From assembly GCA_963749915.1 (NCBI GenBank), contig CAVVOP010000008.1, positions 608,001 through 672,000 on the forward strand: DNA of 64,000 nucleotides, written 5' to 3'. The DNA comes from an uncultured cyanobacterium (lineage in GTDB: Bacteria; Cyanobacteriota; Cyanobacteriia; Cyanobacteriales; Cyanobacteriaceae). This document shows, piece by piece, positions 9,586 to 21,281 of the stretch. The position numbers and the translations under genes are program-made. Below the pieces are notes generated by a model. The model worked only from the letters and a program-made list of their open reading frames with translations. It searched no databases and was not told the origin of the DNA. Each line of letters starts with the position of its first letter. Within the stretch, counting starts at the first letter, position 1.

Positions 9586-10569
9586 ATGGCAGAAACATTG
9601 ATGTTTAATGCTTTGCGTCAAGCTATTGATGAAGAAATGGCAAGAGATGACAAAGTGTTTGTGTTGGGAGAAGATGTAGGACAGTACGGTGGTTCATATA
9701 AGGTAACTAAAGGTTTATACGAGAAATATGGTGAATTTAGAGTGTTAGATACCCCTATTGCCGAAAATAGCTTTACAGGGATGGCAGTAGGTGCAGCAAT
9801 GTCAGGATTGCGCCCTATTATCGAAGGGATGAACATGGGTTTTCTATTACTTGCCTTTAACCAAATCGCGAATAATGCGGGGATGATGCGTTATACTTCC
9901 GGCGGTAATTTTAAAATTCCGACGGTAATTAGGGGACCTGGGGGAGTTGGCAGACAACTTGGTGCAGAACACTCCCAGCGATTAGAGGCTTATTTTCAGG
10001 CTGTACCGGGGTTAAAAATTGTCGCTTGTTCAACGGCTTATAATGCTAAGGGTTTATTAAAATCCGCCATTAGAGACGATAATCCTGTATTATTTTTTGA
10101 ACACGTTTTATTATATAACCATAAAGAAAACTTGCCTGATTATGAATATACTGTCCCTTTAGATAAAGCAGAAATCGTGCGTAAAGGGAAAGATGTTACA
10201 ATTTTAACTTATTCGCGGATGAGGCATCATTGTCTGCAAGCCTTAAAACAGTTAGAAAAAGACGGTTATGATCCTGAAATTATCGACTTAATTTCTTTGA
10301 AACCCCTAGATATGAATACTATTGGGGAATCAATACGCAAAACCCATAAAGTAATCATCGTGGAAGAATGTATGAAAACAGGAGGTATTGGTGCAGAATT
10401 AACCGCATCCATTAATGATCAATTATTTGATGAATTAGATGGTCCTGTTGTTCGTCTTTCCTCCCAAGACATTCCCACACCTTATAATGGAACATTAGAG
10501 AGGTTAACGATCGTACAACCAGAACAAATCGTGGAGGCCGTGCGTAAAATCATGAGCAATCAAATTTAA
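9586..10569 (+). CDS. pdhB: Pyruvate dehydrogenase E1 beta subunit
   Basis: [27 protein letters not shown]. Confidence 0.97.
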   Translation: MAETLMFNALRQAIDEEMARDDKVFVLGEDVGQYGGSYKVTKGLYEKYGEFRVLDTPIAENSFTGMAVGAAMSGLRPIIEGMNMGFLLLAFNQIANNAGMMRYTSGGNFKIPTVIRGPGGVGRQLGAEHSQRLEAYFQAVPGLKIVACSTAYNAKGLLKSAIRDDNPVLFFEHVLLYNHKENLPDYEYTVPLDKAEIVRKGKDVTILTYSRMRHHCLQALKQLEKDGYDPEIIDLISLKPLDMNTIGESIRKTHKVIIVEECMKTGGIGAELTASINDQLFDELDGPVVRLSSQDIPTPYNGTLERLTIVQPEQIVEAVRKIMSNQI

Positions 10570-10646
10570 AGTAGAGAATAATTAACACTAACAATTAAAT
10601 TATATATTTTAGATTTTATTGACCATTTATTGAAAATTAGTTATTA

Positions 10647-12059
10647 ATGGAAAGACAAAGAGTATTTATTCTTTTAATTATTGTCTTAGTTATCACGGCC
10701 ATTGTGACTCTAATAAATTTGCCCTTGCAATTGGGTTTAGATTTAAGAGGCGGTTCACAACTGACAATTCAGCTACAGACAACTCCTGAAGTCCCAGAAA
10801 TTACCACAGACAAACTGGAAGGGGTAAGAACCGTTATTGATAATCGAGTCAACGGTTTAGGAGTATCGGAGGCCGTTGTGCAAAGTGTAGGAAACGATCG
10901 CATTTTAGTGCAATTACCCGGCGTTAACGATCCTCAAGAAGCAGAAAGGGTTTTGGGTGGTACAGCTCAATTGGATTTCCGTACCGAAACCGATAACCCT
11001 GAAATTCAAGCTAGATATCAAATTAAACAGCAAGAATTAGGGGAATTAATCTTTCAATTACAGTTATTACAAGGAGAAGAAAAAACGGCACAAGAGGCAA
11101 AAATTAAAGTTCTACAGGAAGAATTAGTCAGTATATCCCAACAGTTATTTGAAAAAAGCGAATTAAATGGCGAAAAACTCAAAGGTGCAAGTTATCAACC
11201 GACTCAACAGGGTAAAGATTGGGAAGTGGTCTTAGAATTTAATGATGAAGGTGGAAAATTATTCGCTGAATTAACCAAAAAAATTGCTGGTACTGGTCGT
11301 ACTTTAGGCATTTTCCTTGACAATAAACTAGTTAGCTCTCCCGGTGTCAGTGCCGAATATGCGACCACAGGTATTATGGGCGGAAGGGCGACTATTTCCG
11401 GTGGTGCTGGTTTTACTCTCGAACAAGCCAGAGAATTATCTTTACAGTTAGAAGGAGGTGCGTTACCTTTACCCGTCAAAATCGTCGAAAATCGTACCGT
11501 TGGAGCCACTTTAGGACAGGATAGCATTCGCCGTAGTATTATTGCTGGAATTTCAGGTTTAGGGCTGGTATTAGTTTTTATGGCTATTTATTACCGTCTT
11601 CCGGGTATGATTGCCGATTTAGCCCTAATTATCTACGCTTTACTAACTTTAGCTTGTTTTTCCTTAGCAGGAGTAACTTTAACTTTACCCGGTATCGCTG
11701 GTTTTCTTCTGAGTATCGGTATGGCAGTTGATGCAAATGTATTAATTTTTGAACGTACTAGAGAAGAATTAAGAGAAGGAAAAACCCTATATCGATCAGT
11801 AGAATCGGGATTTTATCGAGCATTTTCCAGTATTTTGGATGGTAACGTCACCACTTTAATTGCCTGTATCGCTTTATTTTGGTTAGGTTCCGGTTTGGTC
11901 AAAGGTTTCGCCTTAACTTTAGGCATCGGGGTGATAGTGAGTATGTTTACTGCATTAACCTGTAGTCGTACTTTCCTGCTAATTACGGTGTTAGGTTTTC
12001 CTGCTATCCGTCAGCGTCCAGAATTATTTTGCCCGAATATTAAACCAATCAATAATTAA
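10647..12059 (+). CDS. secD: Protein translocase subunit SecD
   Basis: [27 protein letters not shown]. Confidence 0.97.
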   Translation: MERQRVFILLIIVLVITAIVTLINLPLQLGLDLRGGSQLTIQLQTTPEVPEITTDKLEGVRTVIDNRVNGLGVSEAVVQSVGNDRILVQLPGVNDPQEAERVLGGTAQLDFRTETDNPEIQARYQIKQQELGELIFQLQLLQGEEKTAQEAKIKVLQEELVSISQQLFEKSELNGEKLKGASYQPTQQGKDWEVVLEFNDEGGKLFAELTKKIAGTGRTLGIFLDNKLVSSPGVSAEYATTGIMGGRATISGGAGFTLEQARELSLQLEGGALPLPVKIVENRTVGATLGQDSIRRSIIAGISGLGLVLVFMAIYYRLPGMIADLALIIYALLTLACFSLAGVTLTLPGIAGFLLSIGMAVDANVLIFERTREELREGKTLYRSVESGFYRAFSSILDGNVTTLIACIALFWLGSGLVKGFALTLGIGVIVSMFTALTCSRTFLLITVLGFPAIRQRPELFCPNIKPINN

Positions 12060-12157
12060 AGATCTCCCCGCCTTCGGCTTCCTCTTTTATAAGGGGATTA
12101 GGAGGAATCAATCTATTAATTATTAACTATCAATTATCAACTATCAAATATGTACTT

Positions 12158-13105
12158 ATGATCAAATTTAGCGTTGTTAAGTGGGAAAAAATGTGGTGGG
12201 GTGTCTCCGCCAGTCTTTGTATTGGAAGTGTTTTGGCTATGGTTATTTCTTATACTTCCATCGGTAGTGTTTTACGACCTAGTCTCGATTTTGTTGGCGG
12301 CACACGGTTACAATTAGAATTAGATTGCACTGTACCTAATAATTGCGATCGCCCTATTACCGCCAATGATGTAAGGGAAGTTTTAGATGTAGAAAATTTA
12401 GCCAATAATAGCAGTATTCAAATTGTCGGCGAGGACAAACAGGGAATTTCTATCCGCACAAAAACCCTGGATGTGGATGAAAGAAGTAAGTTACAACAGG
12501 TCTTAACGAAAAAAATCGGAGTTTTCGACGACAAAACCATCCAAATCGACACCGTAGGTCCTACTATCGGCAAAGAACTATTTATATCTGGTCTTTTAGC
12601 TTTAATAATCTCTTTTGCGGGAATTATCGCTTATCTGAGTTTCAGATTCAAGACGGACTATGCAATTTTTGCCATTGTCGCCTTATTCCATGATGTTTTA
12701 GTGACCATAGGTGTTTTTGCGGTGTTAGGTTTAGTCGCTGGTGTGGAAGTTGATAGTTTGTTTTTAGTCGCCTTATTGACTATTACGGGTTTTTCTGTCA
12801 ATGATACCGTGGTAATTTATGATCGCATTCGAGAAATAAGTAAAGAAACTGATACAGATAACATGAATGAAATAGTTGATGCGGCTGTATTACAAACTCT
12901 TACTCGTTCCATAAATACCAGTTTAACTACTCTTTTACCAGTGGTAGCAATTTTCTTATTTGGCGGCAACACCCTTAAATTTTTCGCCTTAGCGTTAATC
13001 GTAGGTTTTATTTGCGGTGCATATTCAAGCATCTTTGTTGCTAGTACTTTACTCGGTTGGTGGCGAAAAGTCATCAATAAAAGACAATTAATAATGAACA
13101 ATTAA
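12158..13105 (+). CDS. secF: Protein translocase subunit SecF
   Basis: [30 protein letters not shown]. Confidence 0.97.
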   Translation: MIKFSVVKWEKMWWGVSASLCIGSVLAMVISYTSIGSVLRPSLDFVGGTRLQLELDCTVPNNCDRPITANDVREVLDVENLANNSSIQIVGEDKQGISIRTKTLDVDERSKLQQVLTKKIGVFDDKTIQIDTVGPTIGKELFISGLLALIISFAGIIAYLSFRFKTDYAIFAIVALFHDVLVTIGVFAVLGLVAGVEVDSLFLVALLTITGFSVNDTVVIYDRIREISKETDTDNMNEIVDAAVLQTLTRSINTSLTTLLPVVAIFLFGGNTLKFFALALIVGFICGAYSSIFVASTLLGWWRKVINKRQLIMNN

Positions 13106-13135
13106 CGAATTTTGTTGGCTAATTAATTAGTAAAA

Positions 13136-14458
13136 ATGAACTATTTATTGAATGGAGTAAAATTTCTAATTACGAAAATAAAAAAAAATCTTGATCTCAA
13201 TATAAGCAAAAATCAGTTAGATAAAGAAAAACAAATTAACAACACTTTTCCTGAAAACGATGACAAGAGTAATCAAAATGGGCTAAATTCAAATGTGGAC
13301 GCTGCCAAGTATTCTGATTTAGGTCACTTATTTTTGCGGAAAAATGATTATGCACAGGCAACTGATAATTTTCGTCTGGCCATAGAAATTAATGGTACTA
13401 AAGCTTCTTTCTATAGAGATCTTGGGTCTGCTTTAATTCACAAAAATACTTATCTTTACAATTTTCAACTTAAAGAAAAATTAATTGCCCAAGGAAATAT
13501 TGATGAGGCAATAACTTGTTTTCAACGTGCCATTGAACTAGGATTTCACGATTATTACTATTGGACTCATATTTTCTTAGGAGATGCTTTAACTATCAGA
13601 AATAGAATCAAAGAAGCACAACCAGTTTATCAACAAGCCACTCGATTAAGAATTGAAGAATCTAAACCAAATTTTGAACAACAATATTGGGATTCTAGTC
13701 AAATTTCCGGCCCTCAATTTCTCATTGTCGGAGTTGCCAAATGTGGCACTTCATCTCTTTATGAATATATGATTCGACATCCACAAATTTTGAGTGCCGC
13801 CAAAAAAGAGATTGATTTTGTTAATCATGTTAATAATGGCATTGATTGGTATTTGAGCCATTTTCCACCGACACCAAATAATTTTGTTACCGGGGAAGCA
13901 AGCACAAGCTATTTCGCTCAACATAAAAAGGCGATCCCACTTTTTAGGGATTTATTTCCTCAGTGTAAGTTAATTGTTATGTTCAGAAATCCAGTTGATC
14001 GAGTGATATCTCATTACCATAACGATGTTAGATACAGCGGAGAGAAACGTTCTTTAGCTGAAGTTATCAGTGAAGAATTAGAAATACTTCAAGGATTACC
14101 AAATTTTTGGGAACTTGAGAAAACTGATTATTCGCAAAAACAAAAAGGTTATTTAGTAATTAGTATGTATGTTTATTTTCTGGAACGATGGATGTCAGTG
14201 TTTCCCAAAGAACAGTTATTGGTTTTAAACAGTGAGGAATTTTTTACCAATCCCCCGACTAACCTGACAACAGTATTTAAGTTTTTAGGATTAGCCGATT
14301 ATCAACTTTCCCAATACCTAGAACATAACCAAGGAAGTTATCAAAAAAAAGACTATAGTACAGAAGAGCAAGAACTAAGAACTAAATTATCTAAATTTTT
14401 TCAGCCTCATAATCGAAAATTAGAAGACTATTTAGGTATAAAATTTAACTGGAATTAA
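13136..14458 (+). CDS. TPR-containing sulfotransferase (heparan 3-O/N-sulfotransferase-like fold)
   Basis: N-terminal TPR-like helices; PAPS motifs GVAKCGTSSL and RNPVDRVISHY. Confidence 0.9.
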   Translation: MNYLLNGVKFLITKIKKNLDLNISKNQLDKEKQINNTFPENDDKSNQNGLNSNVDAAKYSDLGHLFLRKNDYAQATDNFRLAIEINGTKASFYRDLGSALIHKNTYLYNFQLKEKLIAQGNIDEAITCFQRAIELGFHDYYYWTHIFLGDALTIRNRIKEAQPVYQQATRLRIEESKPNFEQQYWDSSQISGPQFLIVGVAKCGTSSLYEYMIRHPQILSAAKKEIDFVNHVNNGIDWYLSHFPPTPNNFVTGEASTSYFAQHKKAIPLFRDLFPQCKLIVMFRNPVDRVISHYHNDVRYSGEKRSLAEVISEELEILQGLPNFWELEKTDYSQKQKGYLVISMYVYFLERWMSVFPKEQLLVLNSEEFFTNPPTNLTTVFKFLGLADYQLSQYLEHNQGSYQKKDYSTEEQELRTKLSKFFQPHNRKLEDYLGIKFNWN

Positions 14459-15541
14459 TTGGAATCGAGACGAAAAAAAGTAATTGTAATGTCAGCCATA
14501 TACCAAAAATCAGACTGGGAAGTAGTAGATTATCAACTATCTTTATTAGATCCAGAAATAGTTGATAGTTATAGCGGTAAAGAATTAATTGTTAGAGGTC
14601 CTAAACCTAAGTCTTTAAAAAAAAATAGTTATTTTACCTGTGTTGGTGCGGCTCAAACCTTTGGTCGTTTTTGTCAGCAACCATATCCCAATTTATTATC
14701 GGAACAATTAGGATTACCAGTTCTTAATTTAGGATTTGGGGGGGTTAGTGCTGATTTTTTCTGGCAAGATAACCCTAAATTGCTGGATTATCTTAATAAT
14801 GCTAAATTTGTGATCATCCAAGTTATGTCAGGACGTTCTCAGGATAATTCCATCTTTAAAAACTGTCGAGGATATTATGTAACTAAAGTTGCCGACGAAA
14901 CTAAAATAAATTGGGTCGATGCTTACCAAGAATTAATTGACCATCAAGACGGGCAATTTGTCGAGAAAATTATTGCCGAAACTAGGCAAAATTGGGTCAA
15001 TTCATATCTTCAATTTTTGCAAAAAATCCAAGTACCAAAAATCCTCTTTTGGTTTTCCAGAAGAGAAGCGAGATATGAAGATGATTACCATAACGTTCAT
15101 CAATTATTCAATCAATTTCCTCAACTGGTTAACTCAGAGATGATCTCTCAATTAGAGGATTATATTGATGATTATGTTGAATGTGTATCCACAAGAGGAA
15201 TCCCCCAACAAATAACCAGCAGATTTACTGGTAAACCAGCTATGGCCAAAGATGATTGGGATGGTCAGGAATGGAGTACGAATAGTTACTATCCTTCCCC
15301 AGAGGTGCATATGGATGCTTATAATGCTTTAGAAAGTTCTTGTCAAAAATACACGGAGGCAATTAAAACAGTTACAGCTTACCAGACTATAAACCATCAG
15401 GAACAGATACAACAATTAGAAAACGAGTTACAGATTGCCAAAGAGAGGATTGCCGCAATGGAATCCAGTAAATTCTGGAAAATACGTCAAATTTGGTTTA
15501 AATTCACAAAAATTTTCGGCTTACCCATGGATGAGATCTAA
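14459..15541 (+). CDS. DUF6473-like (SGNH-like) protein; ATG 14489 is a likely start
   Basis: CVGAAQTFGRF, VLNLGFGG, YYPSPEVH motifs; coiled-coil tail with IAAMESSKFWK. Confidence 0.7.
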   Translation: MESRRKKVIVMSAIYQKSDWEVVDYQLSLLDPEIVDSYSGKELIVRGPKPKSLKKNSYFTCVGAAQTFGRFCQQPYPNLLSEQLGLPVLNLGFGGVSADFFWQDNPKLLDYLNNAKFVIIQVMSGRSQDNSIFKNCRGYYVTKVADETKINWVDAYQELIDHQDGQFVEKIIAETRQNWVNSYLQFLQKIQVPKILFWFSRREARYEDDYHNVHQLFNQFPQLVNSEMISQLEDYIDDYVECVSTRGIPQQITSRFTGKPAMAKDDWDGQEWSTNSYYPSPEVHMDAYNALESSCQKYTEAIKTVTAYQTINHQEQIQQLENELQIAKERIAAMESSKFWKIRQIWFKFTKIFGLPMDEI

Positions 15542-15618
15542 AGAACGTTATCCAGTCATGGCCATTTACCTTTGTTCTTCATTGACTCTGCTTACATCCC
15601 AGAAATAAATATTACCAG

Positions 15619-17367
15619 CTAACTTGTTTTACTGCCTAAATAAGCTAAATAAAAGGAGATTAAAGCATTAAGTAATAAGAAAATTTGAGAGATTAAACCA
15701 TAACCAAAACCCCATACTAAAGGATTCGTAAAGGCAGTAATAGTTAAGGAAGAAGCAACTCCTAAGCTGCAACCAATGGCTACCCATTTTAGTTGTGGGT
15801 GACTTAAAAATAAGACAATTAAAAGAAGGGGAATTAGGGCACTAGCAAAGAAAGGATTTAAACTATTTGTACCCATTACCACATTTCCCAATTCTGGCAC
15901 AGAACTACCCATTAAACGAAAAGGCCATTGAGGTAAATCGAAGATATATAATCCCTGTAGGAAAAATAAACCACAGCTACCCGTTACTAAACCTGTGGCT
16001 AAACTAAGATTAAAGGTGAGATAGTTGCGCAAAAACCACGCTAATAAATATGAGCCTAAAACCATGGCTAATTTTGGTAGGAGGGTAATTGTGCCACCGT
16101 CAATCCAAAATCCGGGGTTTAAGTAACCACTGTTTTTCAACCAACGTAAAAAATCTCGTGGGGTAATTTGCCCTTTCAGTGCTAGTTTAACGGATTGTGC
16201 CGCATCCAATTGTCCTGCACCATAATGATTTAAAGGGTCTTTTTCTATTTGACGTGCAGATTTGACTAAAATTTCTCGCACTTCATCGGGATTTTTGACA
16301 CCGGCAGATTTAATTAAAGCCGCTACTCCTGCCACATGGGGTGCGGCCATACTTGTGCCTTGAAAACCGACAAAAGCAGGTTGTTTATTTTCTCCTGTGA
16401 TAGTTTCTTGAATAATTTTTCCCGTTTCGCTACCTCCGGGGGCAGAAATATCTACCCCGGCACCAAAATTAGAGTAAGGTGCTTTATTGCCGATGGAATC
16501 TGTTGCCGAAACGCTGATTACTTGAGGATAACGGGCGGGAAATGACGCTGAATTACGATTTTCGTTTCCGGCCGCTGCAATAATCACTACTCCTTTATCC
16601 TGGGCGTATTTGATAGCGTCCCGCATTAATTGACTATCTCCTCCTCCCCCTAAACTCATGTTGATGACATCGGTATTGTTATCAGCAGCAAATCTGATGG
16701 CTTCTGCTATATCCGCTACAGTACCTCCATTGACCCCTAACACTTTTAAGGGCATAATCTTAGCTTGGTAAGCTATCCCTGCTACCCCGTAGTTATTGTT
16801 GGTGGATTGGGCAATGGTACCCGCAACGTGTGTTCCGTGTCCTATCTCATCTTGAGCATCGACTTTATCATTGACAAAATCATATCCTTCTACGAACTGA
16901 GTTTGATCTAAATCTGGTACTTTTGTCACCCCCGTGTCAATAACAGCGACGGTTACGCCTTCTCCCTTGGTTTCATCCCATGCTTGTTCAATATTGATAC
17001 TACGCAAATTCCACTGTTGTGTATATTGAGGATCATTTGGTGCTTCTAAGGTTTGATAAACATAATTGGGCTCTATATATTCTACTTCTTTTTTCAGGGG
17101 CGATCGACGTAATTTCTTGAGGGTTTTTTGATCACCTTCTATGACATAAACCCTTTCCGATTCGGAAAAGATACTATTTAAAACGGGTATTTCTTGGATT
17201 TTTGAAGCGATAAATTGCAAATTTTCTTCTAAGGCAGTGGTCGGTATATCTTGACGGAAATTAATGATAATAGATTCATATTCCCCTTGAGTGGCCAATC
17301 CTTTAAAGTTAAACAGGGCAAACCCTAAACCGATTAAAAATACACAGAGGAGTAATAGTTTTTTCAT
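15619..17367 (-). CDS. Subtilisin-like S8 peptidase with C-terminal multi-TM domain
   Basis: VIDTG, HGTHVAG, GTSMAAPHVAG triad; hydrophobic C-terminal region. Confidence 0.93.
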   Translation of the reverse strand: MKKLLLLCVFLIGLGFALFNFKGLATQGEYESIIINFRQDIPTTALEENLQFIASKIQEIPVLNSIFSESERVYVIEGDQKTLKKLRRSPLKKEVEYIEPNYVYQTLEAPNDPQYTQQWNLRSINIEQAWDETKGEGVTVAVIDTGVTKVPDLDQTQFVEGYDFVNDKVDAQDEIGHGTHVAGTIAQSTNNNYGVAGIAYQAKIMPLKVLGVNGGTVADIAEAIRFAADNNTDVINMSLGGGGDSQLMRDAIKYAQDKGVVIIAAAGNENRNSASFPARYPQVISVSATDSIGNKAPYSNFGAGVDISAPGGSETGKIIQETITGENKQPAFVGFQGTSMAAPHVAGVAALIKSAGVKNPDEVREILVKSARQIEKDPLNHYGAGQLDAAQSVKLALKGQITPRDFLRWLKNSGYLNPGFWIDGGTITLLPKLAMVLGSYLLAWFLRNYLTFNLSLATGLVTGSCGLFFLQGLYIFDLPQWPFRLMGSSVPELGNVVMGTNSLNPFFASALIPLLLIVLFLSHPQLKWVAIGCSLGVASSLTITAFTNPLVWGFGYGLISQIFLLLNALISFYLAYLGSKTS

Positions 17368-17497
17368 GGTGATTACGGAGTAGCGATAACCTCACCATTA
17401 TAACAATGGACAATTAACAATGAACTATTGACCTTTACTATAATTAACGAACATTCACTGCTACTCTTGTCTGCGACTATTTTTGTTGAGAATGAAC

Positions 17498-17698
17498 TTA
17501 ACTTAAAGTGCTATTACTGCGATCGTAACTACGAGCAAAACTAGATAAAGGAGAAGATTTTAAATTATCATAGTATTCAGTATTATTAACATCCATACCG
17601 ATTTCCTCGGCGACTCTCCCTAACATGGACTGTTGACGATTTCTGATCATTCTATCATGACGGATCATTAAGGCACGGGCTTTCTGAGTGGTATTCAT
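17498..17698 (-). CDS. gifA: Glutamine synthetase inactivating factor IF7
   Basis: ARALMIRH..IRNRQQSML...YDRSNSTLS matches the IF7 pattern. Confidence 0.9.
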   Translation of the reverse strand: MNTTQKARALMIRHDRMIRNRQQSMLGRVAEEIGMDVNNTEYYDNLKSSPLSSFARSYDRSNSTLS

Positions 17699-17752
17699 AA
17701 TTTCATCCTCTTTTTTCTTTATGGTTGTCTGTTACTAATATAATAAAATTCT

Positions 17753-17766
17753 GTATAAATTGCTAC
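17753..17766. promoter_or_regulatory. NtcA box upstream of gifA, probably repressing
   Basis: GTA-taaattgc-TAC (GTA-N8-TAC) about 55 bp upstream of the ATG and close to a TATATT/TATTAT -10 candidate. Confidence 0.8.
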
Positions 17767-17883
17767 CAAATACTAAAAAGGTTAATAAACCTTAATAAAC
17801 AGCAAAGAGATTGTTAATGATTAGGTTTTAGTTGATAATGGGATAATCATAATAGATAAATAAATAATAGAAATAGAGAAGTT

Positions 17884-18603
17884 GTGTTACAACGCATAAA
17901 GCAAGATTTAAAAAATGATTTAATTGCCGGATTGTTAGTGGTTATTCCCTTGGCGACAACAATTTGGTTGAGTTACGTCATTGCTAATTGGGCGATTAAA
18001 TTTCTCACAGAAATACCAAAACAAATTAATCCCTTTGATAGCCTTAACCCCACTGTTACCAATTTACTCAACTTTTCCGTAGGATTAACCGTACCCTTTG
18101 CCTTAATATTGCTAATTGGTTTAATGGCGAGGAATATTGTCGGTAGATGGTTACTGGATGTAGGGGAAAAAATTTTACAGGGTATTCCCCTCGCCGGTTT
18201 AATTTATAAAACTCTCAAGCAAATTCTAGAGACATTATTCCGAGATTCCAACACAAAATTCAGAAGAGTTGTCATGGTGGAATATCCTCGACAGGGTGTC
18301 TGGAGTATAGGATTTGTTACAGGAAAAGTTAGCCAGATGATTCAGACAAATTTCGATAGATCCATGTTGAGCGTTTTTATCCCTACCACCCCTAATCCTA
18401 CCTCTGGTTGGTATGCTATCGTACCCGAAGAAGAAGTCATTACTCTTTCTATCTCCATTGAAGATGCCTTTAAAGTTTTAATTTCTGGGGGAATTGTTAG
18501 CCCAAACACCCAAGAAATTGTCCATATTAGCAATAAAAAACAAGTACCAGTGAACCCTTTGACTAATGAACATTCGCCGAAAACGACCTCCGAAATGAGC
18601 TAG
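17884..18603 (+). CDS. DUF502 family membrane protein
   Basis: VEYPRQG and FIPTTPNPTSGW motifs. Confidence 0.9.
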   Translation: MLQRIKQDLKNDLIAGLLVVIPLATTIWLSYVIANWAIKFLTEIPKQINPFDSLNPTVTNLLNFSVGLTVPFALILLIGLMARNIVGRWLLDVGEKILQGIPLAGLIYKTLKQILETLFRDSNTKFRRVVMVEYPRQGVWSIGFVTGKVSQMIQTNFDRSMLSVFIPTTPNPTSGWYAIVPEEEVITLSISIEDAFKVLISGGIVSPNTQEIVHISNKKQVPVNPLTNEHSPKTTSEMS

Positions 18604-18709
18604 TGGTCTGTCAAGATAGTTTTGAGGGACTGGGAACGGATAATTTTGGATTTTGGATTTTGGATTTTGGAGGATTGTTTTATCCCTCATTTCAAAATTG
18701 GCAGACCAC
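18603..18709. mobile_element. MITE of about 107 bp with internal (TTTTGGA)n
   Basis: Terminal inverted repeats GTGGTCTGTCAA / TTGGCAGACCAC; inner TGAGGGA / TCCCTCA. Confidence 0.75.
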
Positions 18710-18710
18710 A

Positions 18711-19786
18711 TAGTACACCGAACTGGAAATAAATCCGATTACTTAAATTAGTAATGGTTTACCAATATAAGTCCATCGAAAGGGCTTAGCTAGAGTTTCA
18801 TTAAAGAACTCAATAAATTTAAGAATTCGGTTTTTAAGTTCTTCCGTAGAACTGAAGTTGCCCTTTTTAAGCAGACGACGGCTTAAAATTCCGAACCAGC
18901 TTTCGATTTGATTGAGCCATGAACAATGCTTGGGAGTATACACAAACCGGATACGATGACTTTTATTCTCTAAAAAAGTGGCACGACTCTTCATATTGTA
19001 GAGAATACCAGAAGACCCTTTTTTTCCTAACTCCTCTTTCAGACCACATAACTCTGCTACAAGCCGAACTAATCCTTCTGATTTGTGAGCATTCAATTGG
19101 TCACAAATAAAGATCCATTCTTCAGACGGATAAGTGGTTACCGTCCCACGGATATGTGCTACAAAATCTTCTTCAGTTCGGGTATCTCCTACGGTCGGAC
19201 AGATAACTTTCCCTGTGGCTACCTCAAAATTAGCAATTAACCCTTGAGTTCCATGACGTTCATATTCAAATTCTATTGCCTCGGGTTTGTTAGGTTCCAT
19301 GGGAAGAGTCGGATTAATTCTTTCTAATGCCTGAATACCTGTTTTTTCATCTGTACTCACCAGATGGACTCCTTGGGAGTGTAGTTCTTGGGCTTGATGA
19401 TACAACTTACACACTGTTCTGACTTCTTGTCTAAATTCTTGTTCATCCTCTACTTTATGGTTTAACCAATATTTACTTCGATGTGGTTGAAGATCTGCCT
19501 GATTTTAAAAAACGACCCACCGTTGTGGCGGAAATCTTCTCAACTATCCCTCTATTGATTATTTCTCTAACTAATTCTTTTCTAGTCCAATGACTCAGAT
19601 ATTCTGGTGGCGTTTCACAAGCTAATGCTATCACTTGGCAAACCTGTCTCGACTTCTCCCTATCCCTTGCAATAGTTCTGTTTGTTCCGAGGTTAGATTA
19701 ACCGCTTTCTTTGGTCGAGCCATTTTCCTCCTTGATATCGTTTGATTTTAAATCATTATCCGATATATTTGCAGTTTGCGGTACTA
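18711..19786 (-). mobile_element. IS630-family element, internally deleted
   Basis: TA-flanked imperfect TIRs (TAGTACACCGAACTGGAAATAAATC / TAGTACCGCAAACTGCAAATATATC). ATG 19723 reads MARPKKAVNLT. An out-of-frame HTH remnant SHWTRKEL is followed by a TTTTTTAAAA slippery site near 19505 and the DDE region. Confidence 0.9.
18743..19414 (-). pseudogene. IS630 transposase catalytic (DDE) portion
   Basis: STDEKTGIQAL, EYERHGT, DQLNAH, TPKHCSWLNQIE. Confidence 0.9.
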
Positions 19787-20069
19787 GTTTCGTCCACAGG
19801 AAAATAATTGCCAAAAAATTTTACAAATTATGTACTTACTGTTACAATCATTGTAAAGAAATCTTACGGAGAAACATTGGCACTCCCTGCAAAGATTTTC
19901 TCAAGATTAAACGACAACAAATATTTTACCGACACAAACAATGTCGGTTTTTTTTTTGGAAAACAAATAAGAGGGTCAATACCTGATTGACTAACAAAAG
20001 GAGAAAAATGCCAAAACGAACGGTGCTTCCCACACTCCCCACACTTCTCCTTTGATCAAGTTTTTCAGC

Positions 20070-20545
20070 GTGGACTCCACGATGATGAACGTCGCAGTAC
20101 CGACGATCGTCAAAGACCTGAAAACAGATGTTAGCGCTGTACAAAGTGTGATTGCACTTTACTCCCTGAAGGGGTGAATGACACTCTCTGACGTTAAATG
20201 TAAATTTGACGAGGTGGAAGTTGACTGTTTAAATTAACTCAAATGTAATTTCTTATGGAGAATATAGCTGGCTCGATTATTGGCATTCGCACCGCCTTCA
20301 GTATCGGGCTGTTATTTTATGGGATTGGTACGCTGCTCGCTGCCATTAGTTGGAATATTTTCTCGCTCGCGTCTGGCTGGGCGCTCTTTGAAGGGATTGG
20401 TGCCGCATTCTTAGTTCCAGCCGCCTTCACTGTGGTCACCGCAAACTATGCGGGCAAACAGCGTATCCAGGCATTTGGAATTTTGGCCGGTGTGCAAGCG
20501 ACTGCAGCGGCGATCGGTTCGATACTCGGAGGGATACTAACCTGA
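20070..20545 (+). pseudogene. MFS (DHA2-like) transporter fragment, interrupted at about 20168-20267
   Basis: VDSTMMNVAVPTIVKDL..VQSVIALYSL, then AFSIGLLFYGIGTL..EGIGAA..AAAIGSILGGILT. Confidence 0.8.
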
Positions 20546-20818
20546 CAAGGGTAGTAAGCCCTATGCACCCAAAATGATGTTGGCCTTGTTGTTTTATTGC
20601 TATGCCAAAGGCATCTTTAGTAGTCGCAAGATCGAGCAGGCAACCTATGATTGGGGGAGCGAGAAGCTAAAGAAAAGGCTCGGGGTCGGAAATTGGGCGG
20701 TAAGCCAGCGAAAGCCCCGGAACCTGGCCCACAAGCCAAAGACCAAATGAATTTTACCGACTCCGAGTCGCGGATTATGCCGGTTTCCGGAGGAGGTTTT
20801 GAGCAGGCCTATAACGCT
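20546..20818 (+). mobile_element. IS1182-family transposase remnant (two fused pieces)
   Basis: GSKPYAPKMMLALLFYCYAKGIFSSRKIEQATY joined to QMNFTDSESRIM..GFEQAYNA. Confidence 0.8.
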
Positions 20819-20829
20819 AGTCCGACAGA

Positions 20830-21040
20830 CTCCTAGGAGATCACTCATAGCCCGCAGTAAATCAGCGGCCTTCTGATCAATCACCGGTTCCTGATTCTGC
20901 GTCAATTCCGCTGCCACCGTCGGTGGTGCAGAATTGGTGCCAGCTAGCACCCTTGTTGCCAGCGGCCCTGACTGTATGACCAAAGCCGTTGCCAAGGTAC
21001 AGAAGATGGCACTTTTGCTTAAATCCAAATGTAATTTCAT
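20830..21040 (-). pseudogene. N-terminal fragment of a secreted DUF2092-like protein
   Basis: Signal peptide plus IDQKAADLLRAMSDLL, then the frame runs into the IS remnant. Confidence 0.55.
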
Positions 21041-21281
21041 AATGCTCGAAGACGTGACGTGAACAATGGGTAAAGATGAGTTTGTTAACTCGATTCATTA
21101 GCCGTTAGCTGCTCCGATCGCCTCCGGTTCCGGGTTAATGTGTTTTTTCATTCATTTAGAGTACACGATGTCCGTTACGGTACTAATGATTAGAAAAGCA
21201 ATGATGGTCGCTACTAAATCAACCATCCCATCATACAGGGTTTTAATAGTAAGTAGTGTACAGGAAATTACTCTAAAGGCT

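Noticed and set aside
19711..20144. Three short overlapping ORFs in the IS graveyard
   Set aside because: They span IS ends, repeats and fragment junctions; no recognisable protein features
20240..20252. 13-bp match CAAATGTAATTTC, also at 21026-21038, as a target duplication
   Set aside because: AT-rich, not at element boundaries, and the second copy lies inside a coding start; likely chance
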